The notes beneath the pieces were generated by a model. The model searched no databases. It was not told the DNA's origin and worked only from the letters and a program-made list of their open reading frames with translations. Below are positions 52,663 to 62,492 of a stretch of 64,000 bases of DNA, piece after piece. Both the position numbers and the translations under genes were made by a program. Each line of letters begins with the position of its first letter. Position 1 is the first letter of the stretch. The stretch is taken from IMG/VR virus record IMGVR_UViG_3300029305_003918, one strand, 5' to 3'. Source of the stretch: a virus.

Positions 52663-54309
52663 ATGGCGATTAATGCAACAGATAACAAACTTCGCTTTTT
52701 AAGTGGTTTATCTACTAATCTAAGTAAGGTTGACATTACTAATGGTAATGTGTATGTTACGACCGATGAGCATATTATGTATGCTGACTTGGGTGGCAAG
52801 AGACTTCGTTTAAGTGATATTGTTATGGTAAATACCACTGCGGATTTGCCTACTTATCCACCTGAGGAGCGTAAGACTGCTCTTTACTATGTCCGCAAGG
52901 ATAACATTTTGTGTTGCTATAATACAACTGAAAACAATTCTCAATGGGTACAAATTAATGCTGCTCCTGTTCTTGAGAATATTATTGCCAGCAGCGAAAC
53001 TGTATATTCAGAAGTAACTGATGGCGAGAAGGCTAAGGCTAAGCTTTCTTTGTATGACAAGAATGGCACAGATGTAACCGATGGATTTAGCTTAATTATT
53101 GCAAGTGGTAATACCGCGACTACCAATGTTAATGCTGATAGCAATGGTATTGTCATCACTTCTGCAGATACTATTACCAGCAATAGCTTGGGCGCAAGCG
53201 TTGCAAGTAATGTGGCTACTATCACCTTGGGTGAAATCAAGAGTGGTTATAATGCAGATGGTACTGCAAAAACTGCAAGCACTACCAACCATACCTTAAA
53301 GTTAAATAATGGTGGCGGTGTTGCGATTACTGCAACTGGCACAAATCAAATTAATTTGAATGTTGCCCCTCAGAGCATTACCAATGCTTTTGATAATAAT
53401 GGTGCCTTTAAGACTACTATTCAGCTTGCTGATGGTGAGGAAGTTGCTAGCACCGGTATCACTCCGATTATTAAGTATGGTTATGGCGCAGCAAAGGCGA
53501 CTGCTCAGTTTGTAAATGGTACTGCAACTCTTGCTGATCTTTACACTAAGACTGAAGTTGATGCTGCAATTACCGCACAGCTAAAGACTGCGAATGCAAT
53601 GACATTTATTGGCGCGGTTGGCGGAACTACCAATCTTCCAGTTGCTAATTCTGGTGTTGCAGTTGGTGATACTTACATTGTAAGTACCGCTGGCGATATC
53701 AAGAATACTTCTGGTGCTTTGGTACAAGCTGGCGCCAAGGTCGGTGATTTGTTCATTGCAACTGGTACTGAGACCGACGGTAAGATTACTGCTGCTCTTG
53801 AGTGGAAGTACGTACCTGCAGGCAATGATGATTTGTATCAGTATACAGCTGCTGTTTCTGATTCTGAATTCACTCTTGTTCAGAGCTTTGCAAGTGAAGA
53901 GTCTAATGTTGGTTCTATTGCAGTTGGTAGTGGCTTAACTGGCAGCGCTAGTGGTACTACTTTAACTATTGCTCACCCAACTAAGACCGTACAGGCAAAG
54001 ACCAGTACTGCAAATCTTACTACTGCTGGTACCACTCAAACCTTCGCTGCGATTAGTGGCGTAACTTATGATGAGTATGGCCATGTAACTGCTATCACCA
54101 CTGGTACTTATTCTGTAGCCAATCACACTCTTAGCAGTATTGCTTATTCTGCATCCGCTGCAAGCAATACCGCGACTGTTAAGACTGTCGTGGCTCAGCA
54201 GTCTGGTGAGGAAGTAGAAGGCTCCTTCTCCGTTAAGAGTAATAACTTAACTGTAACCGCTTCTGGTTCTGCAGTTACTATTGATCTTGTCTGGGGAGAA
54301 TTCGCCTAA
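52663..54309 (+). CDS. Tail fibre-like protein (548 aa), TAG-free
   Basis: Intact ORF. T/S/A/G/N-rich beta-type composition. A terminator follows it. Confidence 0.4.
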   Translation: MAINATDNKLRFLSGLSTNLSKVDITNGNVYVTTDEHIMYADLGGKRLRLSDIVMVNTTADLPTYPPEERKTALYYVRKDNILCCYNTTENNSQWVQINAAPVLENIIASSETVYSEVTDGEKAKAKLSLYDKNGTDVTDGFSLIIASGNTATTNVNADSNGIVITSADTITSNSLGASVASNVATITLGEIKSGYNADGTAKTASTTNHTLKLNNGGGVAITATGTNQINLNVAPQSITNAFDNNGAFKTTIQLADGEEVASTGITPIIKYGYGAAKATAQFVNGTATLADLYTKTEVDAAITAQLKTANAMTFIGAVGGTTNLPVANSGVAVGDTYIVSTAGDIKNTSGALVQAGAKVGDLFIATGTETDGKITAALEWKYVPAGNDDLYQYTAAVSDSEFTLVQSFASEESNVGSIAVGSGLTGSASGTTLTIAHPTKTVQAKTSTANLTTAGTTQTFAAISGVTYDEYGHVTAITTGTYSVANHTLSSIAYSASAASNTATVKTVVAQQSGEEVEGSFSVKSNNLTVTASGSAVTIDLVWGEFA

Positions 54310-54328
54310 TTTATAAATTTTACTACAC

Positions 54329-54372
54329 AGGGCAAAGTGACACTGCACTTTGCCCTTTTTATTTTTTGAGAG
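54329..54372 (+). terminator. Intrinsic terminator after the 52663-54309 fibre-like gene
   Basis: GGGCAAAGTG...CACTTTGCCC followed by TTTTTATTTTTT. Confidence 0.6.
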
Positions 54373-54390
54373 GAAGGAGAAAATCGTTTT

Positions 54391-57300
54391 ATGAATGTAT
54401 CTGAAAGAATCTCTACTGATGCTTTTAGTCCTTATCATGGTACAGAAGAAATGGTTAATGCCGCGATTAAAAGAAACGGCGCCGTTTATTTTGCTTATGA
54501 TAATAGAAAAATCTTCTTCGATGTAAATGGTAACCGTTATCAAATGAGCGGAAATGGTATCCTTTTCGTTTATGGTGACACTCCACCCGAAGAGCTTGTT
54601 TTAGATCCTGAAACAGCACTATATCCATTTCCTCGTGAGAATATTTTAGAAGATCACTATCTTGTTGGTAGTATTATTATTAATTCTGATAATACGTTCT
54701 ATAAGATTGTGCAGATGGATGATGTTCTTGCTTATTGCGAAAAGCTTCTCATTGCCGGTGGCGGTGGTGGTGGAATCGGCGATGGAGATGGAGATGAAAT
54801 CTTCGATTCCAGCATTTTGCTTTCTATTGATTTTCCTAAATATCATCCATATGGAACAAAGTTAATTGGTAAAGGTAAAGTTACTGATGCCCGCGGAGGT
54901 CAATCTGGTACTTTTACTTTGCAAATTTATAATAACGTTGGAGAATATAAAGAAGGTATTGCTCCTCGTTTTACAAAGAGTTTTACCGTTGATGTTGGAG
55001 ATTGGTTTGATATTGAGCTAAATGCCGATGATGTGGTTGCTGGTGATCAGAACTATTTCCTTTTCCAAGTAGAAGTAGATCTCCGCTATAGCTCTCCAGT
55101 AACTCGTCAAGTTACTTGTGTTGATGTTCACTATGAGCCAACAAATCAATGGAATCCAATTGCACTCTTAAAACCAGAAGAACAAGATGTGCAATATTAT
55201 TATAAAGTTTATGCCGGACAAGGATCTAAGCTTCCTGACGACTGGAGTATTAATGTTGTTTATACGCTCACTGATGGATTAAGCGGACTTAGCTATGAAG
55301 TAAGCGATGTTGTTACTTCTCAAAGTGGCGCCTTTAAATTAAATGATTTATTGTCTAACGTAGATCAAGGTGGTCATACATTAGATGTTCACGCGACAAT
55401 GATGATCGGCACGAGTGAAGTTGTTGTTGGTGATTATCATTACGGTATTGGTGTATTTAGAAATATCACTTCTGGTGAAAAAGCTGTACCAATTATTTGG
55501 TCTCCATATAATAAGACAGAAGAGGAAAATTATACAATTATTAAGATTCCTTATAATGTATATGATCCAACTCGTAATGATGGTAAAGCGTATGTTGAAT
55601 ATTACATCAATGGTGAAGAACAAATTGGTGTTACTGTAACTTATTCTGAAACCGAATGGCAACCATGGACTATCGCTACTTATAATGTAAATGAAATGAA
55701 CTCTTTCATTTTACAGTGCGGTTTAACTTATAAAGAATTCCAAGTGTTCATTGTTCCAAATTATAAGATGGACCTTGACGCTACAAAAGGTGCAGTTTTA
55801 TATTTGAATGCTCTTGGACGTTCTAATCTAGAAACCCCAAATAAACGTCAACAATGGCCAAACAAAGCAGAAACTCAAGATGATACTATTGGTCTTGGAG
55901 AAATTAAATTTAATAATTTTAACTGGGCTAATAATGGTTGGATTGAGGATGAATCTGAAGGTACTTGTTTAAGAGTTAGCAATGGTGCTTCTGTTGAAAT
56001 TCCTTTAGCAGCGATGTCTACTGTCAAAGCGGCTTCTCGTACTTATGAATTTGATTTTAAAGTTCGTAATGCTGTTGATTACTCTCGCTTAATTATTGAA
56101 AAAGCAGTACAAAAGATTGATGCTAATGGCAACCCAATGTTCGACGAAGATGGAACTCCAGAAACTGAACAGGTAAAAACTGTATCTAGTGGCGAAGGAG
56201 CATTTTTAACATATTTTAATCCTAGCAACTATCGTGGTTTTATGCTTGGTACTCAAGAGGCTTTCTTCAGTCTTTCTAAAACTAAAGTTGTTAATGCTCG
56301 TTATACCGATGATGAAAGAGTAAAAATTTCTATCGTAGTAGATGCAGCTGGTAAATTTACTCAGATTTATAATACAGAAACTGGTGCTCCAACTTCAAAT
56401 ACTATTCCATTAATTTATTTATATGTTAATGGTGTTTTGACCAATATTATGAAATTTACTTCTAATGATGACTTTAGCGCTTCCGTTGATAAGATTGTTA
56501 TTAACTCTGATTATTGTGATGTTGATATTTTTAATATTCGTGTTTACACAAATGCATTAAATTATTCTGCGATTACTCAAAACTGGATTGGTGATGCTCC
56601 AACTCTTGATGAGAGACATAATCGTTATAATCGCAATGGTTCTATTGTTGAAAGTAATAAAATTGATTATGCTAAAGTGCGTCAAGCAGATATTATCCCA
56701 ACAATGGTTATTACAACTTATAAAAATTCTGATGTAGGTGCTACGGCTGACAATAAACTTCCTTACGCAAAAGGAAACAAGAAAGCTGTTGGTATTCGTT
56801 TCTGGAATCCAGCTAAACCAAGTCAAGGCTTCCATTGTCAGAATGTTGAATTGGACGTGCAAGGAACTTCTTCTCAGGGTTATCCACGTCGTAATTATAA
56901 GTTAAAGACCCAAGAAAAAGTTTCTGGTATTACAAGTTGGGACAAACCTTTCCGCTTTGAAACTTGGGATGGCGACGAAAACAAGAAAGATTACTGGTAT
57001 CAAGATCATAATGACGAAAGTAAAATGATTTCTAAAATTGATATTGGTAATGGTATCGCCGCGAAGACTTTCTGTTTAAAAGCTGACTATATGGAAAGTT
57101 CAAGTACACATAATACGCAATTTGCCAATTTGATCCAGACTATTGCAAATCAAACTGGCAGTGACAAGAGTGCAGACTTGAGACATCCATTAAAGAAATA
57201 TTTTGGTCAAACCAAAGATTATAGAACCACTGTTTTCGGATTCCCAATTTTGGTATTCTGGGAAGACATTGATGGTAATATTGAGTATGTTGGTAAGTAC

Positions 57301-60300
57301 AATTTTAATCTTGATAAGGGTGCTACCAATACATTTGGCTTTGACTTTGGATGGGATTTAGACCCAACAAAACGTGTATATAATCCATATTCCGTAGAAA
57401 AGATTCATACCTCTTGGCAGAAGGTCGATGAATTAAGCGATGATGAAGAGCTAAGAGAAGAAACTACGCCTCGTAAGAGTACTTTTGGCGAGTTAGCCGA
57501 ATGTTGGGAATTCTGCCAGAACCAGTCTGGTCTTGGTAAATTCCAAAGCGATGATGTGAATGGTTTCTACGAATTAATTCCTAACACTGAAGAAAATGCT
57601 GGTCGTCTACAAATTTATAATCATTTCGAGCCTCGTTATACTTATGAAGACTGGGATATCGGAGATGTTTATAAAGATAATGAGATTGGTGTAGCAAATC
57701 AGTATATTAAAGATCATACCAAGAATTTTAAGGTAATGTGGGATTGGGTACATAGCACAGATACCACAAAGTTCACTGGTAGTGCATTAGATGCGACCAA
57801 ATATTATTTAACCTTATCTTCTCAATATGAGCATGGTGTTACTTATTATACTCTTGGCGCAGATCAGACTTATACAAAAGCAAATATTACTCCTACCATT
57901 CAAGCTGCTTATCAGACTTTGAATGAAACAGATAATGCAAATAGCGTAATTGTTAATAATCTTAAGACATTTACTGATTTCTTAGTAGCTGTAAATGGCA
58001 CTCTGACTGAAGAAGATAAAGCTAATGGTATGACTCATGATTATGAGAAATACGTTGGACCTTATACTTTTGTAAAACATGAAGATGGATTATTCTATTA
58101 CGAAATGCCTGAAGGTAGTGACCAAGAGGCAGTTGCAAATTGTGGATTAGAGATTAGTGAAAACTATGCTCGTGATGAATTTACTATTGAAGTAAATTTG
58201 GTCTGGGAAGGTTTTAGCGCAGATCTTTATGAGAAATTTGATACTGACTCTATCCGCTATAGAAAAGCTAAGTTCAGAAATGAATTTACTGAGCACTTTG
58301 ATCTTGATTATTGTGCAATCTATTTCATTATGACTGAATTGCTTTTGTGCTATGACTCTCGTCAAAAGAATATGATGATTGCAACATGGGGTCCAACTGC
58401 TAAGTCTAATGCTAACGGTGATTTTATTTGGTTCCCAATTTTCTACGATATTGATACTCAGTTAGGTGTAAACAATTCCGGACATGTTTCTTGGGACTAC
58501 AACACTGATGCAACATTAGTATCTGAAGATCCTGATATTTATGACGACACAGGTCATGCATTTAAAGATGCTTCCATCTTCTCTGGTGCTGGTTCAGTTT
58601 TATGGATCAACTTCGCTGGATTAATGATGGACAAAATTTTAGCAATTTATCGCGGCTTACGCAATGAAGGTGCGATTGAACTCGATACACTTAATGAACA
58701 TTATAATACCAATGGTTCTGACAAGTGGAGCGAAATTATGAAGAACATTGACGCTGATTATAAATATATCTCTCCTGCAACTACAGGATATACCGATCAA
58801 GAAGGAACTATTTCTCAAACTGAAGGTTATTTCTACTGCTTGCAAGGTGATAGAACTTTAAATCGTCAAGCATTCTTCCGCAATCGTTTGAATTATCTTG
58901 ACTCTCAGTGGTTAGGTGGTTCTTATAATCCTGAATTTATTAAGAAGCAAATTAAATTGCGTTATAATGCAAACGACCTTGCTCGTACTTCTGATGATAC
59001 TAAAGATGAAGAAGGTAACTTAGTAGAAGGTTTGCAGGCAAGTGCATCATTCAATCTACATGGATACTTATCTCAGTATCTATCTGTAGTATATGATGAA
59101 ACTGCTACCACGCCTAAGCCTTATGTTGCCGGTCAAGACGATCCTGTTCTTATTGACCCACCATCTTCTATTAAAAACCGCTTAGACGATGGCGTTCCAT
59201 TGTCTCAACAGTTGGCTTATATTCGCGGTCCAGAATATATCGCGGATCTTGGCAACTTAAGTGACAAGTACCTTAATGAAATTGACTATTCTCAAGCAAT
59301 TCGTTTGCGTACTTTCACACTTGGTTCTTTGATAGATGGCTATCGCAATGATGGTATCACAGATAAATTTATTGATGCTTTGGCTATCACTGCTACAAGT
59401 CCAAAAGGACTTTTGACATATATGGACCTATCTAATTTAACTAAGTTGGCTGGTTCTCTTCAATTAACTGGTGCTGAAAAAATTAATACTTTTATGGCAA
59501 CAGGTACACAATTAAGTTCTGTCGAGTTTACTGAAGGTAACTTGTTAAAGACCTTGTACTTGCCAGAAACAATTACCTCCTTTGTTTTGAAACAACCTCT
59601 TGAATTAAGGGGTATTGTAGAAACAGCTCCAACCATTGATAATACTCCAACTGGTTTATATATTAAGAATTTAACAGATAAATATACCACTACTCCTAAT
59701 GCTAATACAACTTGTAATATTGAGACATTTGTATTAGACAGAAGTAAAATGGGTATTGATTCTTATCGTTTGTTAGATTACTTATATAAAGTAAAAGAAG
59801 CTAAACACAATGGCATTATTACTGATGGAAATACCACACCTATTTTAAAGTGTGACTTTACCGATGTGGAATGGTCTCCATATAAATTAGTTGAAATTGG
59901 TACATCTTTCGATCGTGCAACAAAGTATTATGAATTAAAAAATCAAACCACTTACGAAGTATACCATGATCCTAACGGAGCTACTGGTTATTATGAGGAA
60001 GGCTGGATCAATAAACTTAATGATGGTGTAATTTATACTTTTGATGATGCTTTTGATACAAACGTCATTAAAAATCTTGATATTGTAACAGCTTTCTTAG
60101 ATATGTATGAGGATAAAACCGCAACTGTGGAAACTGATACTTATCGTTACCGCTCTTTCTTAACTTATAATGAACTTTTACCAAATACTAAAATTCTTCC
60201 AGGCTTAACTGGTCGTATGCACGTGAACAATCAGGAAGAGGGAGATGCATTAGACGAATATACTTTGTGGAAACGTTATAATGCACTTTATCCAGATCTT

Positions 60301-61704
60301 GAAATTACTGGTGACAAAGTAAATCCTGCTTATTCTGTTCATTTTGTTGAATATAATGCAGAAGGTGTTCAAAAGACACTTGGATGGTTAAAGTATCCTT
60401 ATGGATATGCTGAGTCCCCAGTAGTTTACGAAGGAGAAGAACCTTCTAGATTGCATTATGACTTTGTTGGTTGGGCAATTGAAGATGGCACATTTGATTT
60501 TAGAGCGGCACATTCCGTAATTACCGATAATGATAAAGTTACACTTTATGCAACTAATGAATTAAATACTCACGTCTTATCTGCTATTGATGGTGGACGC
60601 GTAACTGTTGTTGCAGTATATAAAGTGCATGGTTATACTATGAGCTTTTATAATTATGATGGCTCTTTGTTTGAAGAAATTGAAACTCCTGCTGGTAAGC
60701 CAATTATTACTCCTACTAGAATTCCTCAAAGAGATAGCACCTCTTTGGCTTTGACTTCTTGTTATAAATTTATTGGTTGGCATACTTCTCTTACTTCTTC
60801 TACTGACACCACCGATTTAAATCGTATTTTAGCAGGTAGCGACATGAACTTCTATGCGGTTTACATGGAAAGTAGTGTTTATGACAATATAATTGATCAG
60901 CAGTATTTAAATATTACTTATAAAACAGACGCCGTTCTTGGCAATTATGCTATTGTTGGTCTTGATCCTACTTATGGCATTGGTGGAAAAGTTTGTTTCC
61001 CAATTACCGTATTTGATGAACAAGGTGTCGAATGGCCGATCTTAGAAATTGCTGCAGGTACTTCTGCAACAGGCTCTGTATCTAATGGTATGTGTCAAAA
61101 TACTGATCTGTACGCTGTGTTCTTCTTAGGTTGTCAAGAAAATGCAGAGAATTTAAGTAAGATTTATAAATTTAATGATTTTGCATTTGATAAAGCAACC
61201 AGCTTAGTTCATGTTGATTTCCCTGACTCACTAACTACTATTGGAACTTTCTGCTTCAGAAATTGTACTAATTTAGTGGTTGACAATACTAACAATGTTA
61301 GCTATTTTGGCAATAGTGCATTTGCAAATGCATGCCGAAATAAGGATTGTGTTGTTCTTACTGTTCCTTATAATGAGTACAGTCTTGGAGACACTAACAA
61401 TGATGGTATTGAAGATTTTGGTGCTGCTTATGGTAATAAGACATTCCAAAACTGTGGTTGGTCTATTATTAATTTTGGCACCGCTCAAAGACCAATTAAT
61501 GCAAACGCTTTAACTTGGTTGTCAACAAATGCCATGTTTGGTGCAAGCTCTCAAGAATATTTATCTTTAAGTAGTTTTGTTGTTACTTACGATAATAACA
61601 GTACTTCATATGATGAAATTCTTTCCTATGTAGATGATTGGATTACTAACTATGATCTTCATATTACAGCTAATCCAAATCTTGTCCAAATTATGCAAGC
61701 TTAA
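54391..61704 (+). CDS. Giant tail fibre or host-recognition protein (2437 aa) with BspA-type leucine-rich repeats at its C-terminus, TAG-free
   Basis: A single intact 7.3-kb ORF with SD GAGGAAGGAG. The C-terminal ~250 aa show BspA-like LRR (LRR_5) periodicity (...TSLVHVDFPDSLTTIGTFCFRNCTNLVV...VSYFGNSAFANAC...). Confidence 0.5.
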   Translation: MNVSERISTDAFSPYHGTEEMVNAAIKRNGAVYFAYDNRKIFFDVNGNRYQMSGNGILFVYGDTPPEELVLDPETALYPFPRENILEDHYLVGSIIINSDNTFYKIVQMDDVLAYCEKLLIAGGGGGGIGDGDGDEIFDSSILLSIDFPKYHPYGTKLIGKGKVTDARGGQSGTFTLQIYNNVGEYKEGIAPRFTKSFTVDVGDWFDIELNADDVVAGDQNYFLFQVEVDLRYSSPVTRQVTCVDVHYEPTNQWNPIALLKPEEQDVQYYYKVYAGQGSKLPDDWSINVVYTLTDGLSGLSYEVSDVVTSQSGAFKLNDLLSNVDQGGHTLDVHATMMIGTSEVVVGDYHYGIGVFRNITSGEKAVPIIWSPYNKTEEENYTIIKIPYNVYDPTRNDGKAYVEYYINGEEQIGVTVTYSETEWQPWTIATYNVNEMNSFILQCGLTYKEFQVFIVPNYKMDLDATKGAVLYLNALGRSNLETPNKRQQWPNKAETQDDTIGLGEIKFNNFNWANNGWIEDESEGTCLRVSNGASVEIPLAAMSTVKAASRTYEFDFKVRNAVDYSRLIIEKAVQKIDANGNPMFDEDGTPETEQVKTVSSGEGAFLTYFNPSNYRGFMLGTQEAFFSLSKTKVVNARYTDDERVKISIVVDAAGKFTQIYNTETGAPTSNTIPLIYLYVNGVLTNIMKFTSNDDFSASVDKIVINSDYCDVDIFNIRVYTNALNYSAITQNWIGDAPTLDERHNRYNRNGSIVESNKIDYAKVRQADIIPTMVITTYKNSDVGATADNKLPYAKGNKKAVGIRFWNPAKPSQGFHCQNVELDVQGTSSQGYPRRNYKLKTQEKVSGITSWDKPFRFETWDGDENKKDYWYQDHNDESKMISKIDIGNGIAAKTFCLKADYMESSSTHNTQFANLIQTIANQTGSDKSADLRHPLKKYFGQTKDYRTTVFGFPILVFWEDIDGNIEYVGKYNFNLDKGATNTFGFDFGWDLDPTKRVYNPYSVEKIHTSWQKVDELSDDEELREETTPRKSTFGELAECWEFCQNQSGLGKFQSDDVNGFYELIPNTEENAGRLQIYNHFEPRYTYEDWDIGDVYKDNEIGVANQYIKDHTKNFKVMWDWVHSTDTTKFTGSALDATKYYLTLSSQYEHGVTYYTLGADQTYTKANITPTIQAAYQTLNETDNANSVIVNNLKTFTDFLVAVNGTLTEEDKANGMTHDYEKYVGPYTFVKHEDGLFYYEMPEGSDQEAVANCGLEISENYARDEFTIEVNLVWEGFSADLYEKFDTDSIRYRKAKFRNEFTEHFDLDYCAIYFIMTELLLCYDSRQKNMMIATWGPTAKSNANGDFIWFPIFYDIDTQLGVNNSGHVSWDYNTDATLVSEDPDIYDDTGHAFKDASIFSGAGSVLWINFAGLMMDKILAIYRGLRNEGAIELDTLNEHYNTNGSDKWSEIMKNIDADYKYISPATTGYTDQEGTISQTEGYFYCLQGDRTLNRQAFFRNRLNYLDSQWLGGSYNPEFIKKQIKLRYNANDLARTSDDTKDEEGNLVEGLQASASFNLHGYLSQYLSVVYDETATTPKPYVAGQDDPVLIDPPSSIKNRLDDGVPLSQQLAYIRGPEYIADLGNLSDKYLNEIDYSQAIRLRTFTLGSLIDGYRNDGITDKFIDALAITATSPKGLLTYMDLSNLTKLAGSLQLTGAEKINTFMATGTQLSSVEFTEGNLLKTLYLPETITSFVLKQPLELRGIVETAPTIDNTPTGLYIKNLTDKYTTTPNANTTCNIETFVLDRSKMGIDSYRLLDYLYKVKEAKHNGIITDGNTTPILKCDFTDVEWSPYKLVEIGTSFDRATKYYELKNQTTYEVYHDPNGATGYYEEGWINKLNDGVIYTFDDAFDTNVIKNLDIVTAFLDMYEDKTATVETDTYRYRSFLTYNELLPNTKILPGLTGRMHVNNQEEGDALDEYTLWKRYNALYPDLEITGDKVNPAYSVHFVEYNAEGVQKTLGWLKYPYGYAESPVVYEGEEPSRLHYDFVGWAIEDGTFDFRAAHSVITDNDKVTLYATNELNTHVLSAIDGGRVTVVAVYKVHGYTMSFYNYDGSLFEEIETPAGKPIITPTRIPQRDSTSLALTSCYKFIGWHTSLTSSTDTTDLNRILAGSDMNFYAVYMESSVYDNIIDQQYLNITYKTDAVLGNYAIVGLDPTYGIGGKVCFPITVFDEQGVEWPILEIAAGTSATGSVSNGMCQNTDLYAVFFLGCQENAENLSKIYKFNDFAFDKATSLVHVDFPDSLTTIGTFCFRNCTNLVVDNTNNVSYFGNSAFANACRNKDCVVLTVPYNEYSLGDTNNDGIEDFGAAYGNKTFQNCGWSIINFGTAQRPINANALTWLSTNAMFGASSQEYLSLSSFVVTYDNNSTSYDEILSYVDDWITNYDLHITANPNLVQIMQA

Positions 61705-61722
61705 TAAAAGGAGAATAGGGAT

Positions 61723-61944
61723 ATGAAAAAAACAGTTTTATATCGTTATTTAGGTACGAATGGGGTGCTCGACACCCCCATTCACCTTGAAGACGTTTAC
61801 CATGTCCGTTTATTGAGATTAATTGCTGATTCAGGTAAAACTCTCACCAATGGAGTACTTACAAAAAAAGTTGTCACTATTCCAGAGGATGAGTTGGATC
61901 AGTGGACTGAAATTGGATGGACAGATTCTAGTAAAAAGTCTTGA
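61723..61944 (+). CDS. Hypothetical small protein (73 aa)
   Basis: Intact ORF with SD AAAAGGAG. A terminator follows it. Confidence 0.4.
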   Translation: MKKTVLYRYLGTNGVLDTPIHLEDVYHVRLLRLIADSGKTLTNGVLTKKVVTIPEDELDQWTEIGWTDSSKKS

Positions 61945-61968
61945 TAATTTTTAATATAATCTAGAATG

Positions 61969-62004
61969 TGGGAGAACTTTCAAATAAAGTTCTCCCATTA
62001 TTTT
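61969..62004 (+). terminator. Intrinsic terminator after the 61723-61944 gene
   Basis: GGGAGAACTTT-CAAATA-AAGTTCTCCC followed by ATTATTTT. Confidence 0.5.
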
Positions 62005-62019
62005 AGGAGGATAACAACT

Positions 62020-62487
62020 ATGGCCGCAATTATGTATTTTGATAGACTTGACAAATTAAATCCTGCAAGAGGTTTTGCTTCAGGAACTGATTTGGTTGAT
62101 ATTGAATTTCATGTATCTAAAAATAAGAATCCGAGAATTCTTGATCAAGTCTTTTTAATTATGACAGATGATAAGGGGATGCGGGATGTAGTTGAGTTGG
62201 AATTTAAGCAGCCAGCCGCAGATACAGCTTACAACATTTACAGAGTGTCTTTGCGGCAACCGGTCCGTTTAATTTCTGGAAAAACGACTCTTCAGCTTAT
62301 GACTTTGGCTCCAGGGACATCAGATTATCGGTTGTCTTCTGAGTTTACTATTGATTTAAAAGCGACTAATTTTGAAATTACTCGTTAGATTTATTTAACT
62401 CAGGCTCTTGGTGCTCAAGTTCAAAGCTATTACACTGAAATTGTTGAATTATTCCAACAATTGGTTAAAATTGAGAAAGGGGAATAA
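62020..62487 (+). CDS. Hypothetical protein (~155 aa; 1 TAG)
   Basis: SD TTAGGAGG then ATG at 62020. The track ORF 61966-62388 frame reads through the TAG at 62386 to a TAA at 62485. Confidence 0.4.
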
Positions 62488-62492
62488 TCTTA

